In this document: piece by piece, positions 1 to 12,410 of the stretch
Layout of the letters: every line of letters starts with the position of its first letter
Position numbering within the stretch: the first letter of the stretch is position 1
NCBI GenBank assembly: GCA_013265495.1
Contig: MU058065.1
Span: 9,403,720 to 9,467,719 of the forward strand
Source: Vicugna vicugna
Taxonomy: Eukaryota
Length of the DNA stretch: 64,000 nucleotides
Direction of reading: 5' to 3'
The notes under the pieces: model-generated
Database searches by the model: none
What the model was told of the DNA's origin: nothing
Seen by the model: only the letters and a program-made list of their open reading frames with translations
Program-made: the position numbers and the translations under genes

Positions 1-352
1 GTATGCAGAGGGAATCCACATTGCAGACTATGACAGACAATGCCATAAAAATTTAAAAGTTCCCATGGTGGGAACAAACTTGTGTGCTGTGAAGTCAATA
101 AAAATAAGGCCTAAAGACATGGAAGGAATGAAAAGATAGTTAAACATATGGATTAAAGATCAAATAGTAAAAAATGTTTGCTTGAACACCGTCTTGTCAG
201 GGAGACCTTCCCTGACCATCCTATCTAGAATTTCACTCCCAATTCCTCAAATCACAGTACTTTCTAAATGTTATCCTTTTTTGATAACATTTATCACTGT
301 TAGACATATTATATAGTATTTTACGTATTTTTTAGTTTATTTTCTGTCAACC

Positions 353-660
353 TGTGGTAGTTTTAAAATATGACTGTAAATTCTTTGGCCCTCATAGAGA
401 GGTAAGTTCTATGCCCTCCTCTTGAATGTTGGCAAGCGTGGTGGGAGTGACACTATGTGACTTCTGAAGAAAAGTCATAAAAGGCCATGCAGCTTCCACC
501 TTGTTCACGGGAACACTTGCTCTAGGAGCCTGACATCCCCGAGGTGATCATGCTGTGTGGAGGCCCTGGTCAGATGGCGAGCTCATACATGGGTGCTGGG
601 TGACAGTGTCAGCCAGGCTAGTCTTTGAGTCACACTGGACCAGATGCTCAGAATCTAGTG
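353..660 (+). mobile_element. MaLR LTR fragment (MLT1F/G/H-like)
   Basis: Starts TGTGGTAGTTTTAAAATATG..AAATTCTTTG and contains CCCTCCTCTTGAAT and CATGCAGCTTCCACCTTG, typical MLT1 LTR segments; subfamily and 3' end approximate. Confidence 0.75.
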
Positions 661-759
661 GAAAGATGAACGCCCATGTAATTGCAATGCATAATTACAA
701 CTCAATGTGAAAGATGCCTCGGTGAGATATTAATAGAGACCTGTGGGGAGTCAGGGGAG

Positions 760-930
760 AGAGTAAGCCATTTGCAGGGGAGGACTGTAAGTGAGGGCTT
801 GGCAGAGAGGTGACATTTGAGCTGTCCTGAAGGATGAGTAGGAATTTGCCCAGCAAAGGATGGAAGAAGAAACAGACTCTTGGTTTCCTCTTCTTTCCAA
901 CACTTTGAGAGCAGGGAAGGCCGATTCCTT
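760..930 (-). mobile_element. L2 LINE fragment
   Basis: GAGGTGACATTTGAGCTGTCCTGAAGGATGAGTAGGAATT is the characteristic antisense L2 motif. Confidence 0.7.
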
Positions 931-1762
931 CTGACAACAGGAATCAACCAACTGACCAGAAGCATAAACTGAGTCATGCATAGCGTGAGTATAGGGATTA
1001 GGTAAACTGATGCCACGGGGATACAACGGCCAGTGTAGGCAAGACTGAAGGTGGAGCCAAGCAAGACATTCCCTTTTCTGGGCTTGGGCTTGTTTTCTCA
1101 TCTGTAAAAGACAGAGATGAGAGTGAAAGATGTAGCGTAGGCCATTCTCGCTCATGAATCTTGTGATTCGAGTTCTTTCCTAAATTGGATCTTTTCAAAG
1201 TTCAACAATCTCCATGCTGCCAGCTGTTCCTTGTATGATATTTTCCAAGCCCTTTAACCCATACGTGCCTCCCTTTGCATGGAATCTGCTTTGTCAGAGT
1301 TTACTGTAAAATGTAGCGTAGTGTACCATAGTGCCAGGAGTAAATGTCCTACTCCAGACATGGTCCCACCAGAGAGGAGGCTCTGAGGCGACGCCCCCTT
1401 TTACCTATTGTAAAAGGTTTTGGACCTCAGTTGGAGCGGCGCAAGGCTTCATCAGCTTTTTCTAGTCATATCAGAAGTTCAAGGCCTTTTTCAAATGAAC
1501 TCTTGATTAATTCATCCTGGTACCCTGTATTGTGAACTTATGCATTGATTGAACCTCAGTATTGGACTTGACATTCATTCATGTTAAATGTGTTTTTGCA
1601 GTCCCAGAAGCATCTAGCATAGTTAGTCAATAAATATCTGTTGAACTGATTTTCATTTTGCTTTAAGCTGTCAACACAATTTAACAAAAGCTTTTAGAAT
1701 TTTTATTAGTTTTATAGTCTGTAACCCCTAAGTCTTTCTACTTTGAAGAATGGTATGAGATG

Positions 1763-2106
1763 TGTTAAAAAAAAAAAAAGTCTAAACCAAATCTTAATTT
1801 AATTACAGTCTCTCCCAGAAGTGGAATCTTAAACCAGTCAATCAGGAATCACCTGATCAGCTGGCTAGGTAATCTGTCTAACAGTCCCCTGCGCTCCCCT
1901 AAAGGAAAGTGAGCTTGCAGTAACCAACCCACTTCTTTCGTGGTATAACTGCCTTGCTCCCTCTCCCTTCTGGCTATAAAAGTCTTTCTTTTTGTATGGC
2001 TCTTTGGATCTCTTTTCTATCTGCTAAACTGGATGCTGCCTAGTTTGAACTGATTTTTGCTCAAACTCTTTAAAATGTTTAATATGCCTCAGTTTATCTT
2101 GTAACA
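1763..2106 (+). mobile_element. ERV1 solo LTR, MER41/MER57-like
   Basis: TGTTA...TAACA termini, 4-bp TSD GATG/AATG (1 mismatch), TATA-like CTATAAAA near 1975, MER4-group-type 3' end TTTTTGCTCAAACTC...TAACA. Confidence 0.75.
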
Positions 2107-3661
2107 AATGAGAACATTGATTCTGCATTTCCTCTATCTGTGTGCTTTCTGTAAATCAAAGATCCCATTTCTGCATCCATAATAAATGACCTAAAAAAGA
2201 CATCAATCTGGTGTTTGCACCCAGCCTTCTCCATTGATGAGTAAGATGTGTCCAGCTAACAACAGTGCTAACCATGTGACCATCACAAAGCACAAGAAAA
2301 GCAAAATACGTGGTCCTCAGCGTGTAGATTTTAAACACATGACAAATAATAACATAGACCTTTAAATGAAGAACTCAAGGGTGCAAATCCTCTGTAGAGC
2401 AGGATGTCAAATTCCTAAAGCTCCCTGTCCGTTACTCTTTGGCCCAGGACTCTACTGATTTAAAGTACAAGGTTGAATCTGAAATTTCAAATCAGGCCAT
2501 CTTGCCTTTTGTAAAGAATTTGAGAAATTGTTCTCAGATTATTGAAGACAGTTTCTCTGAGTGCAGGAGGAAAAGACCCTCAGATGCAGCAGCAGAGTAG
2601 AAAAAGGTGAGAACCAGGAGCCTCTCAGTCTTCATTGGTCCTAACTGTCTTGTTCACCCCAGAAGCCACTCCCATCCTCCCAAGGTCAATCCCAGACAAC
2701 TTTATCTGGTGCCTTCCCCTCCTTCCCAGCTGATGGAGGGGGGATGAAGAAAAGGAGCCAGGAGAGACAAAGGGCCCTAATGATTGTATTTTCCAGCAAT
2801 TTTTTTCTTTTAATTCTGTGCTTTTCAAAAACTGCCAGAGTGACTGCATGTAAATCATCCTCTCTAATGGATGTCTGGTTGCCATTGACTCTTTTCAGAT
2901 TTAATCTATTAAGTGCCTTCCATAAAAAAAGGGCACAATATCCCACAAAACACAAGGTCAACCAAAAACAGTAAAACACAACCTGAATGCGGCTGTGCAA
3001 GAAGAGAAACCCACATAGCCTCCAACGGTAAGAGCTCTTTGTAATTCTTTTTTCTCCTCAGAAGGGAAGCTGTATCAGGGGCCTGATGCCCGTGCTAATC
3101 TTTTTCTTTCCTTTTTTTTCTCCTCCCTCAGGAAGGAAGCCATTCAGGCGACAAGCTGGCTCTTATTCCTTGGCTCTTATCATTAACCAGAGGAGCCTGG
3201 GCTGGAAATGAGATTCAGAGCCTCGACCAGAAAAGGCTGTTTCCCTAATTGAGCGCTCCCTTTTGAAGTCTCCCTGGCGGAGCCTGGAGCTGTCTGGGTC
3301 CCCCTGGCCAAGATCACTTGTGTGTAATCTCTCGCACACCAGAAGCAGATACTTCACGACACGGGGCTTTTGGAGAGGCCTTTAATACGATTTCTCAGTC
3401 CTGCACATGTTGGGCAGACGGAGGGAGGAGCGGTTTTCAGAGAAGCCACTGATCTAAGGGTTGAAGATTTTAGGCATTCTGGGGCTTTCCTACCAGATAC
3501 ACCTCTGTCAAGAATCTGCCCTTCTGGGGAATTCTCAGCACCTTGAGGGTACTCCTATCCTGCCCCTTCCCCCACTTCCCAGGCCCACGGGATTAAGGAC
3601 CACTGGTCTTCCGGCTCCTTCAATCTATGGATGTTAAAATTAGTATTCTTTGAGATTTCTT

Positions 3662-4256
3662 TTTTTTCTTCATATATATATATTGAAATATAATCAGTTT
3701 ACAATGTTGTGTCAATTTCTGGTGTACAGCATAATGTGTCAGTCATACATGAACATACATATATATATTCATTTTCATATTCTTTTTCACCATAAGTTAC
3801 TATAAGATATTAAATATAGTTCCCTGTGCTGTACAGAATAAACTTGTTGTTTATCTATTTTATGTATATTAGTATCTGCAAATCTCAAATTCCCAACTTA
3901 TCCTTTCCCATACCTTTCCCACCCCTAGTAACCGTAAGTTTGTTTTCTATGTCTGTAAGTGTGTTTCTGTTTTGTAAACAAGTTCATTTGTCTTTTTTTT
4001 TAAGATTCCACATATAAGTGATATCATATGGTATTTTTCTTTCTCTTTCTGGCTTACTTCACTTAGAATGACAATCTCCAGGTCCATCCATGTTGCTGTA
4101 AATGGCATTATTTTATTCTTTTTTATGTCTGAGTAGTATTCCATTGTATAAATAAATTGTATAAACATAGCTTCTTTATCCATTCATCTATCAGTGGACA
4201 TTTGGGTTGTTTCCATGTCTTGGCTATTGTAAATAGTGCTGCTATGAACAGTGGGG
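3662..4256 (-). mobile_element. 5'-truncated young L1 (ORF2 C-terminus + 3' UTR)
   Basis: ORF 3947-4183 encodes MEYYSDIKKNKIMPFTATWMDLEIVILSEVSQ (L1 ORF2 C-terminus); 15-bp TSD TCTTTGAGAT(T/A)TCTT at 3647-3661 and 4257-4271. Confidence 0.95.
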
Positions 4257-4989
4257 TCTTTGAGATATCTTGCTCTACTTTGCGTTACTTGGACATACAT
4301 GAGGCTGTCAGGAACTCTGGTAGAATGTTCAGTGGATGAAGCAAACACTCCATTTGGAGTTGATTTGGAGGAAGGGGCTATTTTTAAAAATCAGTCAAGG
4401 TTGAATGATATGGGAGGTAATTAAACTCTGAATCCAAATGTCCAGTGTACACGAGAGTGATACCAGACATAAGGGCCAGATTATCGTGGGAATCAGATGA
4501 TGTAAAACTTGAGAAGCCGCTAGCACAGATGTTCTGAAGAGCTCAGAAATGTTTATTATTAGCTTATTATTAGTTTGTTATTACCCCATGGGTAGGAGAG
4601 CCCTTAGCTAAGGGCTCAGCTCTTTAAGCCTAAAACACTTCATCTTCCCATCTACCATTCTGTCCCTCACTTTCAGCAGAAACCCCAAGCCAGATCAGGC
4701 TAATCACGTGCATTCTTTCCCTCTGCCTGGGCTGCGGAGGTTTGCAGAGAACTCCCCACTGCTCAGGCTGATGTCAGCACAGCATCGTGGATCCCAGTAT
4801 CAGCAGGAAATGTCTCTCTGTGTCTCCAGTTCACACGGCAAAGAGTTAACACTCATCAAACCCTATCCCACCTCCTCCCACCTTCTCAGCTGACTACCTG
4901 GAGAATGGCTGCCCCAGGCCCTGGCCGCTGCCCCTCTGTCCATACACCTACCACCACCCAGACCCCCCTCTGCTCTTCTGTCTATGCCC

Positions 4990-5750
4990 TGGAGACGTCT
5001 CTTCCTCTTGTCCTCAGGGTCCCATCTCTGGTGGCTCACTCTTCACTAGGCTTCCTAAATGCACTAGCCACATTCCTCTCTCCCTCTTTCTCTCTCACAC
5101 ACACTCCTCCCTCCACGTTCCTTTTATTCCTGCCTCTGCCCTTGCCTGCTCTTCTTCCCTTAATGGCCAAGCTCCCTGAAAGTCCTCACCCATCCTCTCC
5201 CTTCTCACTGTGTGCTCACTCCTGGGGTCTGGCCTTGCCCTCCACCACCCCCTCCACTAAATCCCCCTCGCTCTCCAGGCTCTGTGTGATTGACTCTGTC
5301 TGCAGCGTTGCCTGTTAGCTTTCCTGACGACACTCTGTGCTGACTTCCATGACAGCACTCCGTACTGATTCTCCCACCTCTCCCATAGCGCCTTCTCGGC
5401 CTCCTAACTGACTTGTCCCTTATCCATGAACAGCCCTCCCTGTTCTGGTCTCAGCCTCCTTCTCACTCCACACATTCTCCCTGGTTATCTCATCCTCACC
5501 CCTGCCCAGAAACACCACCTCCTCAGCCACCCCAACCCAGGTCACTCTCCTAAGCTCTGACTGCACACAGCTGCCCACGGGACACTTCTGCTTAGGCATT
5601 CCATCCACAGGCACCTTGAAATCATAATCTTGTTAACCAATCCTCACATCCTCTTACCTAAACCCACTCTCATCTCCCACATCAAATCAGTCACCAAAGG
5701 CAGTTGGTTCTTCCTCCTAATTTTCTCCCAGTTTCTTCTCAGCTCTCCAT
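4990..5750 (+). mobile_element. L2 LINE fragment(s)
   Basis: Pyrimidine-rich decayed L2 ORF2 sequence (e.g. GACTTCCATGACAGCACTC..TTCTCCCACCTCTC; CCCACATCAAATCAGTCACCAA). Confidence 0.65.
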
Positions 5751-6205
5751 CCCTCCTGGCTACAGGTGATTGGATCGAGGAACATATATGATCCAAGCTG
5801 AACCAATCAGGTTCTCCTAAGAATTTAGAATGAGGACCCAGAAGATTCTAGACGGGTGTGTCTTCACAAATGAAATGAGGATTCTCTTCATGATTTTTGC
5901 TTTCTTCTATTTTCTTCTCTGTGTTTTTTAAACTAAAAAACAAACAAAACACATGCACTATTTTTGTAAGAAGAAAACAGAAGACTTTCTGTTGGTTTTA
6001 AAATAAAAACTCTAGAATCTGAATTTGGTCTCCATACTCTGAAGACAGTTCTCATGTGACTGCTTACTTCTATGAAATAAGAAGAACAGATTGACCATAA
6101 GCAATAATATTTACTTATGTTGTCGAAACATTCTCAGGCCATAGGAACTGAGGAATTCTCCCCGTGAAGTTCCTTCACTGCTTTCCTTCTTTTCTTCCTC
6201 TTTTT

Positions 6206-6767
6206 TAAAATTGAAATAAAGTCGTTTTACAATGTTATGTTAATTTCTGGTGTACAGCATAGTGATTCAGTCATACATATATATATATATTATATATATT
6301 CCTTTTTTATATTTTTACTTTTTCATTATAGGCTATTACAAAGTATTGAATGTAGTTCCCTGTGCTATAGAGCAGGACCTTGTTGTTTATCTGTTTTATA
6401 TGTAGTAGTTAGTATCTGCAAATCCTGAACTCCCAATTTATCTCTTCCCACTCCTTTGCCCCCCTGGTAACCCTAAGTTTGTTTTCTATGACTGTGAGTC
6501 TGTTTCTGTTTTGTAAATAAGATCATTTGTCTCATTTTTTTAGATTCCACATATAAGTGATATCATATGGTATTTTTCTCTCTTTCTGGCTTACTTCACT
6601 TAAAATGATGATCTCCAGCTCCATTCATGTTGCTGCAAATGGCTTCTTCTATTCTTTTTTATGGCTGAGTAGTATTCCGTTGTATGATAACTTCTTTATC
6701 CAGTTGTCTGTTGATGGATGTTTAGGTTGCTTCCATGGCTTGGCTGTTGTAAATAGTGATGCTATGA
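6206..6767 (-). mobile_element. 5'-truncated young L1 (ORF2 C-terminus + 3' UTR)
   Basis: Collinear and similar to 3662-4256; TSD C(T/C)TCCTCTTTTT at 6194-6205 and 6768-6779. Confidence 0.93.
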
Positions 6768-6824
6768 CCTCCTCTTTTTCTGGTGGGCCCCCTGTTGAAC
6801 GTTTGAGCTTCTACCAGGTAGTGG

Positions 6825-7030
6825 TTGTGGCTGGTTAAACGTCTGGGCTTTGGGACCAAATAGATGTAGATTAAAATCCTGTCTTTATCTTCAGCAGGGT
6901 GACTGTGGACAACCTACTTAACATTTTTGTGTCTCAGTTTTTTTCTGTGTAAAATAGGATAACAATGCCTATGTCACAGGGTTGTGGTCAAGTTTATGTG
7001 GCATTGTGTAAAGAAAGGCCTTGAGACAGA
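6825..7030 (+). mobile_element. MIR SINE
   Basis: Core GTGTCTCAGTTTTTTTCTGTGTAAAATAGGATAACAAT..ACAGGGTTGTG. Confidence 0.75.
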
Positions 7031-7211
7031 TTGTGTGCAGTAATATTATACTTCTATCTGTCGACTTGCTGGGGCCCTACCATTCTTAGTGATCATCTCT
7101 GATCTCTAACCCTCCCTCTGTTCCCCAGTCAGTCTGGCACTCACTCTTGGTTCTAACAGTTCTCAGTTTCAAGAACAAGAACTCTGAGGCCTACAGATAA
7201 AAACTGCCCTT

Positions 7212-7561
7212 CTAAAAGGCCACTATGAACTCATCTACAAAACAGAAACAGACTCGCAGACATAGTAAACAATCTTATGGGACTGTACCAGGGAAAGGGG
7301 GTGGGAAGGGACACATTTGGGAGTTTAAGATTTACAAACGTTAGCTACTATATATAAAAACAGATTTAAAAAAATTTCTTCTGCATAACGTAGGGAACTA
7401 TGTTCAATATCTTATAATAACCTTCAATGGAAAAAATATGAAAATGTATATATGTATGTTTATGCCTGACTGGGACATTGTGCTGTACGCCAGAAATTGA
7501 CACATTGTAATTAACTGTGCTTCAATTAAAACAAAAACAAAAATAAAACAAAACGAAACAG
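7212..7561 (+). mobile_element. L1 3' UTR fragment with A-rich tail
   Basis: Reverse-complement homologue of the two neighbouring L1 3' UTRs; (AAAAC)n tail; TSD AAAACTGCCCTT at about 7200-7211 and 7563-7574. Confidence 0.9.
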
Positions 7562-7809
7562 AAAAACTGCCCTTTTTCACCAGAAAAATTGGGCCTGGGT
7601 ACAGAATGTGGTAGGACTTGGGTATTTCAAGTAGTGGCTCACACTCCCTGACTGACATCCCAAGAAGAGACAGGGCACACCGTTATGGCCCCACGCAATG
7701 GAGAACCCCCCCCAACTCCTCCAACCCCACCTCCCACTCTTTTCCTACTGGTTTACTGCTCTCCCACTGTCCTTTTTGTTCTTCTCCAGACTCACCATGA
7801 ACGTACTTC

Positions 7810-8118
7810 CTCATGGCTTCACCCCTGCTGCGTCTCCGGCCAGGAAAGTCCCTTTTCTGTGCTCTTTCCTGGCTGGCACGTTCATTCAGTTCTCTGCTCA
7901 AATATCAGCCAGGCCTTCTCTGGACACTGTCTAAAACAGCCCTCCTCCCCCAGGTAACCTGTGTCACCCTGCTTTATAGTCACATGGCACCTACTGCTAT
8001 TGGAAATGACTATTTACTTACTTGTGTGTAGGCTAATGGTGGCAAGGTCTTTGTCTTGTTCTTTGCTAGTGCCAAGTAGGATGCCTGAAACACGATAGGC
8101 ATTCCCTAAATATTTGTC
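7810..8118 (+). mobile_element. L2 3' end
   Basis: TCTCTGCTCAAATATCA..GGCCTTCTCTGGAC and terminal TGCCTG..TAGGCA..TAAATATTTG. Confidence 0.7.
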
Positions 8119-8489
8119 AGATATCTAAATAAAATATTAGAACAATGACTGAAAAAAACATGTTAGCCATATATGTAATTAGATAAAAATGTATAGGCTT
8201 GGGGACTTGAGAGAAATGGGTTTGTAACTGATAAAGATACCAAGAGGGTGAGCCAAGAATAGGAGATGTCAAGGGGAAACACACGTGTGCGAACAAGACA
8301 AGTTTAGGTAACATCTCCGGAGACTGACCTGACGAGAGCAGAACTGCTCTTTTGAAGAAGGGAAAGGGACGAGGAGATGGTGGTGGTGACTGCGGTGGTA
8401 CGCTCAGACTGCCATATCCCACCAAAACCATCACGTCTGAAGTGTTGTCATCCATAATAGGAAGCTATCAGCAATGGCTTTTTCTCTCC

Positions 8490-10195
8490 TCTCTTTGTGG
8501 TCCTCCAGCTCTGCGGATGGTGCTGCACTGAAAGGTGTGTCATGCTCTCTGAGGCTCTGTCAGGTTTTTTTGCATTTTCTCTCTTCTTCGGATTGAAGAG
8601 TCTCCATCCATTTATCTTCAAGTTTGCGGACTCATTATTCTGCCAGCTCAAATCTATTGCTCACCCCTCTAGTAAATTTTTCATTTCAGTTATTGTATTT
8701 TCAACTGAGAATTTCCATTTAGTTTTTTCTTAAAAAAATAATTCCTATCCCTTTACTAATATTCTCTATTTGATGAGACATTGTCATCACATCTTCCTTT
8801 TCTTTTAGAAGTATGGTTTCCTTGAGTTCTTTGCATATCTTTATAATGGTTGCTTTGAAGTCTTTGTTAAATCTAACATCTGGGCCCTATCAAGGCAGTT
8901 CTTGTTGCCTGCTCTTTTTTTCCAGATGTATGGGTCACACTTTCCTCTTTCTATGCCTGTCTTGTAATTTTTTTTTGAAAATTGTATGTTTTAGGTAACA
9001 TATTGTAGCAACTCTGGATTCTGACTTTCCTCCCTCGTCTCTGGAACTTATTCTTATAGTTCGTTTGTTCACTTATTTAGTGACTTGGTTGGACGATTTT
9101 AGGGAAGCCTGCTACCCCCTCTGTCTCACCGTCTGCAAGTATGGCTCCTCAGAAGTGAAAACCTGGGCACGTACAGAAACCCCCTGGAGTGACAGGGTGA
9201 GAGCAGGGCCCTCTTGGTCTCTTTCCCTGAGCTCTCTGTGAAGCTGGCTGCCCCATCTGGTATCACATTCAGCTGTTAGGCCCACTTTTTACAGGCTGGT
9301 GGCTCTATTGCTTTCTGACAGTGCTCAACAAATAAAACACCCAGCGGCTGATTCAGTTAAATTCGGGCCCTTTTGCGAGGTCAGTCTGTGAGCTTTCTCC
9401 TAGTCCCAGGAGGGCTCCTCTGAGTTGTCCTTCCCCGACCCTCTCTGGTGAACTACGTGACCTACGGTTTAGCCTGCTGCTCTTAATTAAAAGGAGCTAT
9501 CGTTGCCAAGGGCACCCTTAGAGTTGAATTTCTCCACATTTTGTTTTAAATAAAGTCAATTTCTTCAGGGAGAGCCTTGGAGCTCCCTTTTCTTATAGAT
9601 TTTTGTCTCCACCAAATTAAAATCTCTCAGCTGCTCTTCCGGGTGCTGGGTAGGGCAATAGCCTCTCGTCTTCTCAGCTTGCCTCCTTGGGTAGAACCGT
9701 GGACCTGTGAGTGGGTTGGGGTGAAGATGATCAGATTCCAGGATTCTTGTTCCATGCCTGGGGTAAAGCCCGCTCGTATAGGTGGAAGCTGAGTTGCAGA
9801 AGAATCCCCTAACCTCTCAGCCACACTTACAGGAATTTAGCATCTTCAACTCAGAGTTGGAGGGAGTAAGAAAAGCTGCTGGCCTGCATCTCCTGGTGAG
9901 ATGGTACCTCTTGATAGGGAGCTGAGGAGAGATGGAGCCCTGAATTCTTGGCCGCTTCTGCCCAGAGTGGAGTTTCCATCCAGCTGAGCTGCAGGGGGAG
10001 TGAGGGGAAGAAAGAAACTGGGTTGTGGTTCACTGGCTCTCTCTGATTTTGAATTAAAATTTTGGTAGATTTTCTTGAATATAGCTTTCTTCATTTGCCA
10101 TATGCCCTTAGGACAGTTTCCAGGGACTTTATATGTTGTCTCTGTGGGAGCAGGTCTGTGGAGCCCCTCATGCTGCCATGCCAAAGTCAGAGACC
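8490..10195 (-). mobile_element. Ancient L1M 5' UTR/ORF1 region
   Basis: T-rich antisense L1 ORF1-type sequence (CCCCTCTAGTAAATTTTTCATTTCAGTTATTGTATTTTCAACT) running into an old L1M 5'-end-like segment. Confidence 0.75.
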
Positions 10196-10523
10196 TCATT
10201 CACATTGCAGACTTGTATCTTTATAATAATAAACACTTTCTGACAGACAGATGACTGTAAGATAGTCTAACAAACTCACTATGTTTCAAATTCTTTCCAT
10301 CAAACAAAAGTCTAGTGTCTTGGGGAATGGGGACCTTTTCCTAATTTGTACAGAGGTTCCTTTGCGTCAAGCCTTGGCCTTGGTGGTGAGGGTTGGAGGG
10401 GAGTAACGTGGTTGGAGGCAGAGGTAGTTCTGGTCATTGTGTGGTGTCGGGGCTGCTGCATTGGGCTGTGTGGATTATTTATTGTGCAATGGTAGGGTCA
10501 TCAAGGATTTATATTTGCTATTA

Positions 10524-11017
10524 CAGTTCTGTTCAGTGTCTCCCATTTGCTCCTCCTGGTCTACCCTTCCCACTTCTTCACCTTGCTCTGCATCCAAGAA
10601 ATTGACTTGTATAAACTATATCAGTGGGCTACTTTGCTCTCTGGTTTCTGGTAGGATTCAGAGAAAATCAGAGGTTAAAAGGAATGTGAGATGGGAGCAT
10701 TTCTTCCCCTGATTCTCTTTTCTGGGTCACCATAGGTACCATACCCCTCTGCTGAAGGTCAACATTCTTGTCAAACAGCCCTTTCCTTAGGGTTACCTCT
10801 CTCTGGGCTGTGATGACTACACCCTGCCCTTGAACCTCCAGGTCTGGTGGGTGTTAATGGCTCCCAACTGTTGCAAGCCCTCGGGTACTACACTCTCCGT
10901 TATTTGTTTCCTTAAATCCTACCCATAGCTTTAGAAATAGTCCTGTTATTAAGCTTTACCTAAATTATCCAATTTGAATATACCATCTGTTTCCTGATGA
11001 GACCCTGCCTGATAGCA
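10524..11017 (+). mobile_element. ERVL solo LTR (LTR33-like)
   Basis: 5' GTTCAGTGTCTCCCATTTGCTCCTCC and 3' CCAATTTGAATATACCATCTGTTTCCTGATGAGACCCTGCCTGATA match LTR33 ends. Confidence 0.8.
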
Positions 11018-11368
11018 ACAATTTTGCTGCAGATGGCAGGCAAATATCTTGAGGACAGGGTGTCTTTTTCTACTGTGCACCTGAGCTAGCCATCCTGGAG
11101 ACAGGGGAAGAGTGGGGTAGTGGCAGTGGTGGTTGAGGGTGGCAGGGCTTGTAAAATTATTCTGAATGCTGGGATAAGGCCAAGATGTGCAATAGACAAT
11201 ATAGACTCGTGAACATGGGGATGATGCTCTTTAAGGAGGATTATTCCGGCAGCTTTGTGAAAAAACAGATTGAGATAAAAAACAGCTTCAGAAAAAGAGG
11301 CCAGCTGGAAAACTACAGCTCTATCCTTGGAGCAAAGCAGTAAGTGCCTAGACTAGCAAAGAAGCCTT

Positions 11369-11497
11369 GGGAGATGGAGGGGTGGAGGGTGGGGGTGATG
11401 GTGGTGGTAATAGCTCAGTGGTAGAGACCATGTTTGGCATACATGAGGTCCTGAGTTCAATCCCCAGTACCTCCATTCAAAAAAAAGACAGAAGGAA
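11369..11497 (+). mobile_element. Vic-1 SINE (short form) with G-rich 5' extension
   Basis: A box TAGCTCAGTGG, B box GAGTTCAATCC, CCAGTACCTCC + A tail; TSD AAAGAAGCCTT at 11358-11368 and 11498-11508. Confidence 0.9.
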
Positions 11498-11699
11498 AAA
11501 GAAGCCTTTGGAAAGCAAGAGAGCATTCCAGAGACCCAAAGAAGGGGAAAAGCAGAGATTCCTGGCAAGTTATCTTGGAGATTGAAGGAAAGAAAAACAA
11601 AGAACAAGAATAAAATATGACAGTAGCACATATAGGTAAACTAGAGATTTGAGAAAGGTAATAGAAAAATAATAATGAGAAGGACAAATGGTAGCTTAG

Positions 11700-11910
11700 A
11701 TTTACTAAATGCTTCCTGAGTTATGATAGAAAGGTTTTAAGAGCTTAACAAGTATCAACTTCCTTAATCCCCATCAACTTTGTAAAATAGATCCCATGAA
11801 ATACATTTTACCCTTGAGGAAACAGAGGTACAGAGAACTCCAGTTACTCACCCAAGGTCACATAGTAAGTGAGGTGGTGGGTAACTGAGCTGAGATTCAA
11901 ACTCTAGAGC
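11700..11910 (-). mobile_element. MIR SINE
   Basis: GAGGAAACAGAGGTACAGAGA..CCCAAGGTCACA..GAGCTGAGATTCAAAC. Confidence 0.75.
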
Positions 11911-12104
11911 CTGGACCGTACTGCCTGTGAAGATACATAGGAAGTGCTCTGGAGCTGTGGTCCCAAATCAACTCTCCAGCTTTATCTTTACCCGCAGTTC
12001 CCACCAAGGTGGCTATAATTAATTCTTGCTGTGTCCATATTCACCACATCCTTTCCCACCTCTGACTGGAGTGGCCTCCCCTTTTTTTGCCCACCTAACA
12101 ATTA

Positions 12105-12410
12105 AAATAATAATAATAACGTTGTTGAGCATCCGTTATATGCTGTCACTGTTTTGTGTGTTTGATATGTGTTTGCCCCTTAGTCTTCACGACAACCCCA
12201 TGAGGTGGATGGTGTGTTGTTGTTATTATTACTATTCTCATCCACTAAATGGTGAGCAGTAAGGAGCAGGGGTTTCTGACTGTTTTATTCACCGGAATGC
12301 TGCCTAGTACACTGTCCTGCTCAGCAAAGAACTGTTGAATGGATGAAATTAACAGATGAGGGAACGGAGGCACAGCTGGGCCTAAGATGACCAAGGAGTA
12401 TGCGATGGGG
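12105..12410 (-). mobile_element. MIR interrupted by an L2 3' end (about 12255-12350)
   Basis: MIR halves ACAACCCCATGAGGTGG and ACAGATGAGGGAACGGAGGCACAG separated by L2-tail-like GAGCAGGGG..TTTATTCAC..TGTTGAATGGATGAA. Confidence 0.6.

Noticed and set aside
1405..1524. Possible minus-strand exon (YQDELIKSSFEKGLELLI*)
   Set aside because: Weak polypyrimidine tract and donor, stops in all frames, no recognised homology.
3947..4183. ORF with real protein similarity
   Set aside because: It is the C-terminus of L1 ORF2 in a truncated retrotransposon, not a host gene.
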